Shown here: positions 1 through 9,480 of the stretch, one piece after another
Numbering within the stretch: the first letter of the stretch is position 1
How the letters are laid out: every line of letters begins with the position of its first letter
Assembly (NCBI GenBank): GCA_041687695.1
Contig: JAWLBL010000019.1
Span: 32,001-96,000, forward strand
DNA from: Myxococcota bacterium
GTDB taxonomy: Bacteria; Myxococcota_A; UBA9042; PHBI01; JAWLBL01
Direction of reading: 5' to 3'
DNA: 64,000 nucleotides
Made by a program: the position numbers and the translations under genes
The notes under the pieces: generated by a model
The model's database searches: none
Seen by the model: the letters and a program-made list of their open reading frames with translations, nothing else
What the model was told of the DNA's origin: nothing

Positions 1-876
1 GTGGCGCTCGTTGACGTTGATGAGCTCGTCGATGGCCTCGAGGCGGGTGGCGCCGTGGTCGCGGACGAGGGTGGTCAGGTAGGCGCGCAGGCGCTCGGGC
101 GAGTAGCGGCGCTGGGTCTTGGGGGCGCCGGGGTCGCGGCCCGGGTTCGAGCTGCAGTGCGTGCAGACGAAGGGGCAGCCGCGCGAGGTGACCAGCGGGA
201 GCGTGCGGCCGTCGATGGGGAAGGCCCAGGGGCCGCGGCCGAGGTTGCCGACGACGCGGGCCGAGAAGCGGTCGCGGGCGTCGAGGTCGACGAGATCCCA
301 GGCCGGGAAGGGCAGGGCGTCGAGGCTGGGCGGCGAGACGCCGCGGTGGGTGCCCTCGGGACGCTGGCCGCGGGACACCAGGGCGTCGAGCAGCGCGGGG
401 ACCGTGACCTCGGCCTCGTACTTCACCCAGGCGGCGGCCTCGGGGTAGCTGGCCAGGACGTCGGGGCCGTGGGCTTCGACGTAGTGCTGGCCCGACTGGT
501 AGCAGTCCGCCAGGAGGACCGGGGCGGCGGGGAAGGCGTCGGCCAGGCCGGCGAGCAGCTCGCCGAGGACGTCGTCGCGCGCGGGTGGGCGGTGGAAGGG
601 CGTGTAGGCCACCACGACCAGGTCGGGGGTCGGGCCGGCCGTGGCGGCGGCCAGCACCTCGGAGGTCGGGGCGCCGAGGTGGGCGCGTCCGTCCGGGCGC
701 CAGGCGAGGGTCGAGCCGGGCAGCGCGTAGGCGTCGACGAGCGTCACGGCGGCGCCGCGTTCTCGTAGCACCGACGCCACCTGCACGGCGCCGAGGTCCG
801 CCAGATATGGATAGTCGATGAAGTCCCGTGCTATCGTCACGGGCGGATGGATGATGATGACGCGCGGACCCGACAT
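1..876 (-). CDS. Cobalamin (B12)-binding radical SAM protein, 3' end runs off the window
   Basis: Not in the ORF track (no stop inside the window). Manual translation from ATG at 876: MSGPRVIIIHPPVTIARDFIDYPYLADLGAVQVASVLRERGAAVTLVDAY... (B12-binding-domain-like), then LDALPFPAWDLVD and TSRGCPFVCTHCS (CxxxCxxC at ~154-177). Confidence 0.85.
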   Translation of the reverse strand, partial: MSGPRVIIIHPPVTIARDFIDYPYLADLGAVQVASVLRERGAAVTLVDAYALPGSTLAWRPDGRAHLGAPTSEVLAAATAGPTPDLVVVAYTPFHRPPARDDVLGELLAGLADAFPAAPVLLADCYQSGQHYVEAHGPDVLASYPEAAAWVKYEAEVTVPALLDALVSRGQRPEGTHRGVSPPSLDALPFPAWDLVDLDARDRFSARVVGNLGRGPWAFPIDGRTLPLVTSRGCPFVCTHCSSNPGRDPGAPKTQRRYSPERLRAYLTTLVRDHGATRLEAIDELINVNERH

Positions 877-882
877 GAGGGC

Positions 883-912
883 AGCATAGACGGTCCGACG
901 CTGCGCGTCCAA
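883..912 (-). promoter_or_regulatory. Putative sigma70-type promoter (TTGGAC-N18-TATGCT) 6 nt upstream of the ATG at 876
   Basis: Hexamers read on the minus strand; no Shine-Dalgarno between the -10 and the ATG, consistent with a leaderless transcript. Confidence 0.45.
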
Positions 913-947
913 GGCGGGCGACCGCGGGACACGCGACGGGGGCGACG

Positions 948-2801
948 ATGACGGGTGTGGCGGCCACGAGGCCGACGGCGGAAGGCGGTCACGCCGTCCC
1001 GGTGATGGCGGAGACGCGGGCCGTCCACGAGGAGGCCGCGCACGAGCGCCGCAACTGGGTGCGGCTCACCTTCGACTGCAACAACCGGTGCATCTTCTGC
1101 CTGGACTCGGACTCGCTCGACGGCGACATCCGCGACCGCGAGGACATCCGGCGGCAGATCGTCGAGGGGCGCGACAAGGGGGCGACGCGCCTCATCCTGT
1201 CGGGCGGCGAGCCGACGATCCACCCGCGGTTCATCGAGTTCGTCCGCCTGGGCAAGCGGCTGGGCTACCGCAAGGTGCAGACCGTCACCAACGGACGGCT
1301 GTTCGCCTACCCCGAGTTCCTGCGCAAGGCGCTCGACGCGGGCCTCGACGAGATCACGTTCTCGCTGCACGGTCCCAACGCGCGCGTCCACGACGCGCTG
1401 GTCGGCGTCAAGGGCGCCTGGGAGCAGGAGGTCGAGGGCCTGCGCAACGCGCTGGCCGACGGACGTCCGGTCGTCAACATCGACATGGTCATCAACCGCG
1501 GCAACGTGCGGCACCTGCCCGAGATGATGCGGCTGTACACGCAGATGGGCGTGCGCGAGTTCGATCTGCTGCAGGTCGTCCCGTTCGGGCGCGCGTTCAC
1601 CGAGGGGCGCGAGACCCTGTTCTACGACCTCGAGGAGGCGCGGCCCTACCTGCTCGAGGCGTTCGCCTACGCGCGCAAGCCCGGGATGCACATCTGGCTC
1701 AACCGGTTCCCGCCGCAGCACCTCGAGGGCTTCGAGGACCTCATCCAGGACCCGTACAAGCTCAACGACGAGGTGCGGGGGCGCAAGGAGCAGTTCGAGC
1801 GGCTGCTCGACGCGGGCGTGCCGCTGGACTGCCGCGAGCCGGCGCGTTGCAAGCACTGCTACCTCGAGCCGCTGTGCGACACGCTGGACGAGGTCCGCGA
1901 GGTGGCGGCCGAGGCGCGCTTCGAGGTGCTGCGCGTCGACCCGACGTTCGAGGCGACGTTGCCGCCGGAGATCGGTGGGGATCCGGCCAGCGCGAAGTGG
2001 ATCGAGGCCCAGGAGCGCATGCAGGCCGAGGCGGCGGCGAGCGGCGAGGGCGAGGCGGGGCGGCGGTCGCGCATGGGGCTGCCCATCGTGACGGTGCGGC
2101 CGCCGGCGCCGGCGGTCAGCCTGCCCGAGCTCGCGGCGCGGGCCGGGGCGCGCGCGCTGTGGGTGGTGGCCGCCGATCTGGGGGCGGCGCTGGCCGAGGC
2201 CGAGCGGTTCCCCGGGCTCGCGGAGCTGGAGCTGGAGCTGGCGTCGTACGCGGGGCTGGCCGAGGCGCTCGGCGACGGCGACCGCCTGGGAGACCGGCGG
2301 CTGGTGCGGGCGCTGGCGGCCGACGCTGCCCAGGCGGCCGAGCTGCTGGCCGTCCCGGGGGCCTTCGAGGTCGCGCTGGCGCTGACCAAGGAGAGCGCCG
2401 CGTGGGTGTTGGGGCTCGAGGCGGCGCCGGCGCGGCTGGTGCTGCGACAGCCGACCTACGAGCGCGTCACCGAGGCGCTCGAGCGCGACGTCGAGCCGGC
2501 CTCGCTGTTCCCGCGGCTGCCGCCGGAGGTCCCGGTCGAGGGCGTGCCCCGGTGCATCTCGGGCCGCGCGCCGCGCCCGCGGCCGGCCGTGCTGGACGGG
2601 GCGATGACGGCGCCGTCGGGGCGTCTCGAGATCTTCCGGTACGCGCGGCGCTTCATCGCGTCGCGCTTCGTGAGCAAGTCGCTGCGCTGCCGCGGCTGCG
2701 CCTTCTTCGACGCCTGCGAGGGGGTGCACGTGAACTACGCGCGCGCGCACGGCTACGGCGTCCTGCAGCCGGTCCCGGCGACCGAAGGGGGCACGTCGTG
2801 A
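948..2801 (+). CDS. Radical SAM protein (large, two extra Cys clusters); paralog of 13074..14816
   Basis: CNNRCIFC, LSGGEPTIHP and QTVTNG motifs; central CREPARCKHCYLEPLC; C-terminal KSLRCRGCAFFDACEGVH. Alternative start ATG at 1005. Confidence 0.9.
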   Translation: MTGVAATRPTAEGGHAVPVMAETRAVHEEAAHERRNWVRLTFDCNNRCIFCLDSDSLDGDIRDREDIRRQIVEGRDKGATRLILSGGEPTIHPRFIEFVRLGKRLGYRKVQTVTNGRLFAYPEFLRKALDAGLDEITFSLHGPNARVHDALVGVKGAWEQEVEGLRNALADGRPVVNIDMVINRGNVRHLPEMMRLYTQMGVREFDLLQVVPFGRAFTEGRETLFYDLEEARPYLLEAFAYARKPGMHIWLNRFPPQHLEGFEDLIQDPYKLNDEVRGRKEQFERLLDAGVPLDCREPARCKHCYLEPLCDTLDEVREVAAEARFEVLRVDPTFEATLPPEIGGDPASAKWIEAQERMQAEAAASGEGEAGRRSRMGLPIVTVRPPAPAVSLPELAARAGARALWVVAADLGAALAEAERFPGLAELELELASYAGLAEALGDGDRLGDRRLVRALAADAAQAAELLAVPGAFEVALALTKESAAWVLGLEAAPARLVLRQPTYERVTEALERDVEPASLFPRLPPEVPVEGVPRCISGRAPRPRPAVLDGAMTAPSGRLEIFRYARRFIASRFVSKSLRCRGCAFFDACEGVHVNYARAHGYGVLQPVPATEGGTS

Positions 2802-3856
2802 CGACCGCCGAGGCCAGCGCCCTCGGGCGCGAAGAGGTCGTCCAGCGCATCCAGACCCGGCAGGAGCGCATCCACGTCGCCATCGGCCCGGTCTGCAACA
2901 ACAACTGCATCTTCTGCATGGAGGAGGACCGCGTCGCGCGCGAGGTCGTCAACGGCTCGATGACCCCCGAGCGCGTGCGCCGCATCCTCGAGGCGAGCGC
3001 CGGGTCCGAGGAGGTGTGCTTCACCTCGGGCGAGCCGACGATGGTCGCCGAGCTGCCGCGCTACGCCCGCTGGGCGCGGCGCCTCGGCTACCGGCGCGTC
3101 AGCGTGATGACCAACGGCCGGCGCCTGTCGCACGCGCCCTACGTCGAGCACCTCGTCAAGGCCGGCATCAACTTCTTCTATGTCTCGATCCACGGCCACA
3201 CGCAAAAGCTCCACAGCGGCCTCGTTCGCGAGCCGGCGGCCTTCGAGCAGACGGTCGCCGGGCTCGACAACGTCTCCGCCTACAAGCGCGAGGGCGTGAC
3301 CCTGCACACCTCGACCGTGGTCACGCGGCGCAACGCCCCCTACTTCGCCGAGATCTATCGGTTCTTGCGCTCGCACGGCGTCGATCAGGTGGTCTTCAAC
3401 GTCATGCAGGCCAACGGCCGGGCCCACACCTACTTCGAGCAGCTCTTCCCGAAGTACACCGACATCGCCGCCGGCTTCGCCGCGTTCCTGAAGGACGAGC
3501 CCGAGCAGCCCGCGCAGGCCTTCCTGGTCGACATCCCGCTGTGCACGACCACGAACCTGCCGGACTTCAACCGCGGCTACGTCGAGCGCTACCTGCACTA
3601 CGAGCCCAAGGGGTTCCAGCAGCTCGAGCTCGGCGAGCGCGACGCGCCGGCGCCGGACGACGACCTCGTCGCGGTGACGCGCGCCGACCTCGACCGCAGC
3701 GAGCGCCTCAAGCGCCCCGAGTGCGCGAGCTGCCGATACGAGCCCGCCTGCGAAGGGGTCTGGAAGAACTACCTCGCCCGGTACGGATGGGACGAGATGG
3801 TCCCGGTCCCGCACCCGGCCGCGCCCGACGACGCCGCGAGGGCCACGCCTACGTGA
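2798..3856 (+). CDS. Radical SAM protein, HxsC-like, with C-terminal CxxCx5CxG
   Basis: GTG start overlaps the upstream stop (GTGA). CNNNCIFC, TSGEPT, MTNGRR, DIPLC and CASCRYEPACEG motifs; 352 aa. The earlier part of the 1088..3856 ORF is off-frame shadow. Confidence 0.88.
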   Translation: MTTAEASALGREEVVQRIQTRQERIHVAIGPVCNNNCIFCMEEDRVAREVVNGSMTPERVRRILEASAGSEEVCFTSGEPTMVAELPRYARWARRLGYRRVSVMTNGRRLSHAPYVEHLVKAGINFFYVSIHGHTQKLHSGLVREPAAFEQTVAGLDNVSAYKREGVTLHTSTVVTRRNAPYFAEIYRFLRSHGVDQVVFNVMQANGRAHTYFEQLFPKYTDIAAGFAAFLKDEPEQPAQAFLVDIPLCTTTNLPDFNRGYVERYLHYEPKGFQQLELGERDAPAPDDDLVAVTRADLDRSERLKRPECASCRYEPACEGVWKNYLARYGWDEMVPVPHPAAPDDAARATPT

Positions 3857-5652
3857 CGACGTCGGCTCGCGAGCGAGCGCCTCGGGTCGCAAGCGAGGTG
3901 GCCGTCGTGGCCGTCGAGGGGCCGTGCAACGACCGCTGCGTCGTCTGTCCCGTGCCCGAGCCACGACGCGTGGCGCCCGCCCAACCGGCCGCCGTCGCGG
4001 CCAGCCTCGCGCGCGCGGTCGCCCAAGGGGCCGACTCGGTCGTGTTCGCGGGCGGCGAGCCGACCCTGCTGCCGCGCTTCGTGGAGCACGTGCGGGCCGC
4101 GCGTCAAGCGGGCCTGGCGGTCGGCGTCGTCACCAACGGGCGCATGTTCGCCTACGCGCGGCTCGCGCGGGCCGCCGCGCGCGCGGGCCTCGGCTCCGCG
4201 ACGGTGGCGGTCCACGGGCCCGACGCCGCGACCCACCAGGCCGTCTCCCGCTCCGAGGGCTTCGACCAGGCGCTCGAGGGGGCGCGCCACCTGGCCGCCT
4301 GCGGCGTCGAGGTGACGCTGCGGCTGACCCTGCTCGCGGCGTCGCTCGACCGACTCGCCGACCTGCCGGCGCTGCTCGATCGGACGGGCGCCGCCCGGCT
4401 GGCGCTCGAGCTGCCCGATGCGGTCGAGGAGGGGGTCGAAGTCGCGCGGCGCGACGCGGCCGAGGTGGCCGTCGCGGCGCTCGTCGACCGGTTCGCGCGG
4501 TCGAGGCTGTCGGGGCGGCTCGACGTCGCGGCGCTGCCTCCGTGCTGGACCGGCGGCGCCAGCGGCGGCGTCGCGCTCCGGCCAGGCGCGGTGTTCGCGG
4601 CCCCGTGCGCCGACTGCTCGCTCCGCAGCCGCTGCCCCGGGCTGCCTGCGGCGATGGTCGACGCGCTCGGAGACGCGGCGGTGGCCCCGTTCCGCGTGGT
4701 CCGCTCGAACTCCTTCAACCTCGTGCCCCGGCAGCGGCTGGACTGGCCGGCCGGCACGCCGTGCCCCTTGCTGGTCGGGGCGCCCGCGCCGCGCTCGAGC
4801 GCCGACCGCGCGATCCACCTGCGCTCGGACGGCGCGCTGGTTCGCCACGAGACGACGACCGGCGACTTCGTCGACGCCGAGCTGCGGCGGGTCCTGCGCG
4901 ACTCGGGCCAGCTCTACGTCGACGTCAGCGACAAGGACGCGCCCGACGACTTCGCCGCCGACCTGCGCAAGCTGGTCGTGGCCACCGAGTGCGACGAGTG
5001 CCCTCGCCAACGCCGCTGCGGCCGCGCGTGGCAGGTCGACCAGCGCGATGTCTTCGGCGCCGACGACGCCCTGGTCGCGCAACGCATCGCGACGCTGAGC
5101 GGCGACGTGCTGGACGTGGGCTGCGGGCATGGCCCCTACGGCGAGCTGCTGGCGCCCTTGGCGAGCGGCGGCGCGCTGCGCTACGTCGGCCTCGAGCCCG
5201 ACGAGGCCCGGGTCCGCGAGCTGCGGGCGCGGTGGCCCTGGGCGACCCTGATCGCGGCCACCGCCGAGGAGGCACGCTTCGCGGAGGCGTCGTTCGATCA
5301 CGTGCTGATCCTGAGGAGCTACAACCACCTCGCGGCGCCTCGCGCGGTGCTGGCCGCCGTCACGCGAGCCCTGAGGCCGGGCGGGACGCTGCTGGTCGTC
5401 GACAACGAGGCCTTCGGGTTGGTCCGGACCCGCGAGGCGGCGGCGCGGGCCGAGGCCGGGTCGGCCGAGCACGAGCACTACCGCAACGACGGCGCCGCCG
5501 AGGCGCTCGAGGCGATGCGCGGGCTGCCGCTGACGCTGCTCGCGCGCGCCGACGTGGGGCCGGCGACCAGCAACCAGTGGCTGCTCCATCTGCGCAAGCA
5601 CGATGGCGACGCGGCCGCGCCTTCCTTGCTCCGGGGCGAGTCGGTGGTGTGA
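3853..5652 (+). CDS. Radical SAM - class I SAM-dependent methyltransferase fusion protein
   Basis: GTGA overlap with the upstream gene. CNDRCVVC, GGEPT, TNGR; CADCSLRSRCPG and CDECPRQRRCG; C-terminal VLDVGCGHG, FDHVL and LRPGGTLLV; 599 aa. Confidence 0.85.
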   Translation: MTTSARERAPRVASEVAVVAVEGPCNDRCVVCPVPEPRRVAPAQPAAVAASLARAVAQGADSVVFAGGEPTLLPRFVEHVRAARQAGLAVGVVTNGRMFAYARLARAAARAGLGSATVAVHGPDAATHQAVSRSEGFDQALEGARHLAACGVEVTLRLTLLAASLDRLADLPALLDRTGAARLALELPDAVEEGVEVARRDAAEVAVAALVDRFARSRLSGRLDVAALPPCWTGGASGGVALRPGAVFAAPCADCSLRSRCPGLPAAMVDALGDAAVAPFRVVRSNSFNLVPRQRLDWPAGTPCPLLVGAPAPRSSADRAIHLRSDGALVRHETTTGDFVDAELRRVLRDSGQLYVDVSDKDAPDDFAADLRKLVVATECDECPRQRRCGRAWQVDQRDVFGADDALVAQRIATLSGDVLDVGCGHGPYGELLAPLASGGALRYVGLEPDEARVRELRARWPWATLIAATAEEARFAEASFDHVLILRSYNHLAAPRAVLAAVTRALRPGGTLLVVDNEAFGLVRTREAAARAEAGSAEHEHYRNDGAAEALEAMRGLPLTLLARADVGPATSNQWLLHLRKHDGDAAAPSLLRGESVV

Positions 5653-5673
5653 AATGGGCGCGACGGAGGGGCT

Positions 5674-6924
5674 ATGACGGTCGGCGGCAAGGTGGTGTGG
5701 CGAATCGGGCTCGCGCTCGGGCTGATGGGGACCGCCGCGGTCGCGGACCGCGCCACGGCGTCGCCGCCGCCGCCGACGGGGTGGGTGGCGCCCGAGCGGC
5801 CGACGGGGGCTCGCCCGATCCCCGAGCCGTTGCCGCCGGGCAGCCCGACGAGCACGCCCTCGCCGACGGGGTGGGTGCCGCCCGAGCGGCCCACGACGGG
5901 GCCCGACGGCGAGCCGATCGAGGACGGGTTCTACTGCGAGTCGGCCGAGCGCGCGCGGCTCAAGGAGGCCGAGGGACGGCTGCGGGACGCCCAGGAGTAC
6001 TTCGATCGCGGCACCTTGCTGATGATCACGCAGGCCGAAGCGATCGCCCGCCGCTACTGGTACGAGCAGATTCGGCTCTGGTCATACAACCTTCCTGTCC
6101 CCGAGCGCGACCTGCCGCCGCTCGTGCCGAGCTCGGATCCGAACTGCCACGAGTTCGTCACGCCGCCGCTCGAGGTCTGCGACGACGTGCCGGGTGACGA
6201 CAAGGAGGCCTGCCAGATCTGGTGGTCCGCGCGCGCGGCGCTGCAGGGCGCGTCGACGGCCTGCGACGCGCTCAAGCCCGAGCTGCAGGTCGCCTGCCGG
6301 GCGCTGTCGGCCCGGCGAGCCAGGGTCTGCGAGGAGCACGACGACGCGAGGTGCCGCGAGTACATGGCGGCGGCCGCGCGGCCGATCCAGCCCGAGGACG
6401 TGGCCATTTTGGTCTCGGACGTCGAGGCGCCGTTCCGAAAGCTGCTGCTGCCGTCGCTGTTGAAGGGCACCAAGATCTGTGGCGACCGGAAGGCCAGCGC
6501 CGACCCCATCGCCTGGCGACGCTGCATGGCGGTCGTGAGTGGGGAGGAGCGCTGGTGCGAGGTCGAGCTGCGCGACGCCATCGTCGGCGAGCCGATCCGC
6601 GAGGAGCCGACCGTCCGAACCCTGCGGCTCGGGTTGCGCCTGGAGACGGCGACCACCAACGAGGCGATCCTGGGGGCCGAACGTGGCGGCCAGGGGCCGG
6701 AGTTCGGTGGGACCGTCCTGGCCGCCGTGCGATCGGGCGTGATGCAGGCCTGCGTCGTAGAGGTCGTGGTGAAGCTGGGCGATCGGGTCGTGGCGAGCTT
6801 CGACCGCGCCCTCCTGGCTCAGGCGGCGACCGAGCCGCTCATCCTGCCCATCTCGCAGCCCATCGACATCTGGAAGACCACGGTCGAGGTGCGGCCGATC
6901 TGTGTGCCGACGTACCAGTTCTGA
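5674..6924 (+). CDS. Exported Cys-containing hypothetical protein with a duplicated PTGWVxPERPT motif
   Basis: GGAGGGG SD before the ATG; hydrophobic signal-like N-terminus; Pro-rich region; 21 bp downstream of the rSAM-MTase gene. Confidence 0.7.
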   Translation: MTVGGKVVWRIGLALGLMGTAAVADRATASPPPPTGWVAPERPTGARPIPEPLPPGSPTSTPSPTGWVPPERPTTGPDGEPIEDGFYCESAERARLKEAEGRLRDAQEYFDRGTLLMITQAEAIARRYWYEQIRLWSYNLPVPERDLPPLVPSSDPNCHEFVTPPLEVCDDVPGDDKEACQIWWSARAALQGASTACDALKPELQVACRALSARRARVCEEHDDARCREYMAAAARPIQPEDVAILVSDVEAPFRKLLLPSLLKGTKICGDRKASADPIAWRRCMAVVSGEERWCEVELRDAIVGEPIREEPTVRTLRLGLRLETATTNEAILGAERGGQGPEFGGTVLAAVRSGVMQACVVEVVVKLGDRVVASFDRALLAQAATEPLILPISQPIDIWKTTVEVRPICVPTYQF

Positions 6925-6984
6925 GGCGGGCCAGGAGGGCGGGGCCGAGGTGACGCCCGGCGGGACGGTCCGCGGGCGGGCGGG

Positions 6985-7893
6985 TCAGCCGTCCCGCCCA
7001 GTCAGCCGACGGAAGGCCTCGTAGTAGCGATCGGCGGTGCGCTGGGCGACCTCTGGCGGCAGCTCGGGGCCCGGCGGCTGCTTGTCCCAGCCGCTGTCGA
7101 GCAGCCAGTCGCGCACGATCTGCTTGTCGAAGCTGGGCTGCGATCGGCCCGGGGCCCACTCGGCGGCGTCCCAGTAGCGCGACGAGTCCGGCGTCAGCGC
7201 CTCGTCGATGAAGATGAGGTCGTCGCCCACGAGGCCGAACTCGAACTTGGTGTCGGCCAGCAGCAGCCCGCGCTCGGCGGCGCGCTCGGCGGCGAAGCGG
7301 TACAGGCGCAAGCTGGCGTCGCGGACGGCCTCGGCCCGGGCGCCGCCGATGATCGCCGCCGCCTCGTCGAAGCTGATGGGCTCGTCGTGCTGGCCCTTGG
7401 GCGCCTTGGTCGAGGGCGTGAAGATGGGCTCCGGGAGGCGGTCCGACTCGCGCAGGCCGGGGGGCAGCGCCACGCCCGAGACGCGCCCGGTCCGCTGGTA
7501 CTCGGACCAGCCGCCGCCGGCCAGGTAGCCGCGCACGACGGCCTCGATGCGGAGCGGCTCGGCCTTGCGGGTGACGACCGCGCGGCCCTCGAGCAGGCGC
7601 GCCGTCTCGGCGTCCCGAACGACGTCGGCCACCGAGGTCGACAGCAGGTGGTTGGGCAACAGCTGGGCGGTCTGCTCGAACCAGAAGTTCGACAGCTGCG
7701 TCAGGATCCAGCCCTTGCCGGGGATGGCCGTCGGCAACACGACGTCGAACGCGCTCAGGCGGTCGGTCGCGACGATGAGCAGGCGATCGCCGAGGTCGTA
7801 GACGTCGCGGACCTTGCCGCGATAGCCCAGGACGAGGCCCGGGATGCTGGACTCGGTGATCGGCGCCAGCGCGGAGGCGGGGATGGGGCTCAT
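6985..7893 (-). CDS. purC: Phosphoribosylaminoimidazole-succinocarboxamide (SAICAR) synthase
   Basis: YRGKVRDVY, ATDRLSAFD, DTKFEFG, DEALTPDSSRYW and FDKQIVRDWL motifs. Confidence 0.97.
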   Translation of the reverse strand: MSPIPASALAPITESSIPGLVLGYRGKVRDVYDLGDRLLIVATDRLSAFDVVLPTAIPGKGWILTQLSNFWFEQTAQLLPNHLLSTSVADVVRDAETARLLEGRAVVTRKAEPLRIEAVVRGYLAGGGWSEYQRTGRVSGVALPPGLRESDRLPEPIFTPSTKAPKGQHDEPISFDEAAAIIGGARAEAVRDASLRLYRFAAERAAERGLLLADTKFEFGLVGDDLIFIDEALTPDSSRYWDAAEWAPGRSQPSFDKQIVRDWLLDSGWDKQPPGPELPPEVAQRTADRYYEAFRRLTGRDG

Positions 7894-7912
7894 TCGGGGG
7901 CTCCGGACGGGG

Positions 7913-8512
7913 TTAGAGCGGCCGCAGCCACAGGCCGCGCACCGAGCGGTCGGGGTTGAACACCATCAAGAGGCGGAAGCGGACGTCGCTGCGGCTCATG
8001 CGAAGCAGCACCTTCGCGGCCGGCATGTCGTCCTCCTCGTCGTCGATCCGGCTCAACCAGGCATCCATGACCAGCCCCGGCGGCCCGTGATGGGCGACGA
8101 CGCCGCGGATGATGGCGCCCAGCTCGCCCGGCGGCAGGGTGGCGGCCAGCGACGGGTCGAAGAGGGCGTGGACCTGCTCGTAGCGGCCGGCGAAGAGGTC
8201 GAGGGTCGCGTCGAGGGCGAGGCGGGCCTCGGGCGTGGCGGTCCGAAGGGCCGAGTAGCCGGGCAGGAGGCGGTCGGCCTCGGAGAGCGCCTCGGGGGTG
8301 GTGGGGGCCAGCTGCGCGCTCGTCGGCGGGGGCCCCGTCGGCGGTTGGGGCGTCGCGACCGGCGCCGGAGCCGGTGTCGGCGCCGGCGCGGCGGCCACCG
8401 GGGCCGGATCACAGGGGCCGCTCGGTGGCTCGGTCGCGGCCTGGCAGGCGGAGAGCGCTAGCGGCAAGACCGCGAGGCAGGCGGCGAGGCGGCGGCGTGA
8501 GGACGAGGACAT
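7913..8512 (-). CDS. Lipoprotein, DUF3887-like
   Basis: Lipobox LSAC, Pro/Ala linker, C-terminal GRYEQVHALFD...LLMVFNPDRSVRGLWLRP; ATG at 8512 preceded by GGGAGAG. Confidence 0.6.
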   Translation of the reverse strand: MSSSSRRRLAACLAVLPLALSACQAATEPPSGPCDPAPVAAAPAPTPAPAPVATPQPPTGPPPTSAQLAPTTPEALSEADRLLPGYSALRTATPEARLALDATLDLFAGRYEQVHALFDPSLAATLPPGELGAIIRGVVAHHGPPGLVMDAWLSRIDDEEDDMPAAKVLLRMSRSDVRFRLLMVFNPDRSVRGLWLRPL

Positions 8513-8616
8513 CGGCGGCTCTCCCGGCGTGGCGCGGGCGTGAGCCGCATCCATCGGCGTCGACCGTCATAGCATCGGGGCGACGGGAACGCACGGTCCA
8601 CGCGTCCGCGCACGGC

Positions 8617-9480
8617 TCAGTCCAGATCCCCCAGCCCGATGGCCTTGGCGAGGCGGCTGTCGAGGAGGCGATCGGGCAGCACCTTGCGGGCCCAGAGCAG
8701 GGCGGCCGTCCCGCGTGAGACGGCGTAGCGGGCCTTGGGACGCGGCGTCGTCAGGGCGCGGTGGATGACCTCGGCGACGTCCTGCGGGGTGGCGGCCCGG
8801 CGCATGAGCTCCTGGAAGGTCTCGGTCAGCAGCGTGGCGACGTTCTCGTAGGCGCTCCCCGGCGCGTGGTCGAACAGATCGGCGGCCGACAGGGCCGGCC
8901 GGGCGGCGGTGACGAGGCCGGCGCGGACGAGCCCGGGCTCGATGAGGACGACGTCGACGCCGAAGACCCCCAGCTCGAGCCGCAGCGCGTCGCACAGGCC
9001 CTCGAGGGCGAACTGGCTGGCGCTGTAGGCGCCCGACAGCGGCATGGCGATCCGGCCGGCGGCGCTCGAGATGCACAGGATGACGCCGCGGCGCTGCGCG
9101 CGAAACACGGGCGTCATCGCCTGGATGAGGCGCAGGGGGCCGAAGAAGTTGGCGTCGAAGAGATCGCGCACGGTGGCGTGGGGGGTCTCCTCGATGGCGC
9201 CGAAGCGGCCCATGCCGCCCGCGTGGACGAGGGTGTCGACGTGGCCGAAGAGCGTGCGTGCGCGTTCGATGGCGGCGCGGCAGGCCGCGTCGCTCGACAG
9301 ATCGGTCGCGTAGACCTCGACCAGGCCGCCGCGGGCGGTCTCGCGGGGCAGATCGGAGAGGCCGTCGAGGCTGGGCGCGCACGCGAGGACCTGCATGCCG
9401 CGCTCGGCGAGCAGCAGGGCGGTGGCGCGGCCCACGCCGCGGTGGGCGTCGGTGAGCAGGACGGCGCGGCGCGGCGGCAT
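8617..9480 (-). CDS. Short-chain dehydrogenase/reductase (SDR) fold protein with altered catalytic motifs
   Basis: Starts MPPRRAVLLTDAHRGVGRATA; has NFFG, ISSAAG, YSASQFALEG and IEPG. Start overlaps the upstream stop (TGATG). Confidence 0.85.
   Translation of the reverse strand: MPPRRAVLLTDAHRGVGRATALLLAERGMQVLACAPSLDGLSDLPRETARGGLVEVYATDLSSDAACRAAIERARTLFGHVDTLVHAGGMGRFGAIEETPHATVRDLFDANFFGPLRLIQAMTPVFRAQRRGVILCISSAAGRIAMPLSGAYSASQFALEGLCDALRLELGVFGVDVVLIEPGLVRAGLVTAARPALSAADLFDHAPGSAYENVATLLTETFQELMRRAATPQDVAEVIHRALTTPRPKARYAVSRGTAALLWARKVLPDRLLDSRLAKAIGLGDLD

Noticed and set aside
1..768. + strand 255-aa ORF
   Set aside because: Antisense shadow of the minus-strand B12-rSAM gene; no motifs.
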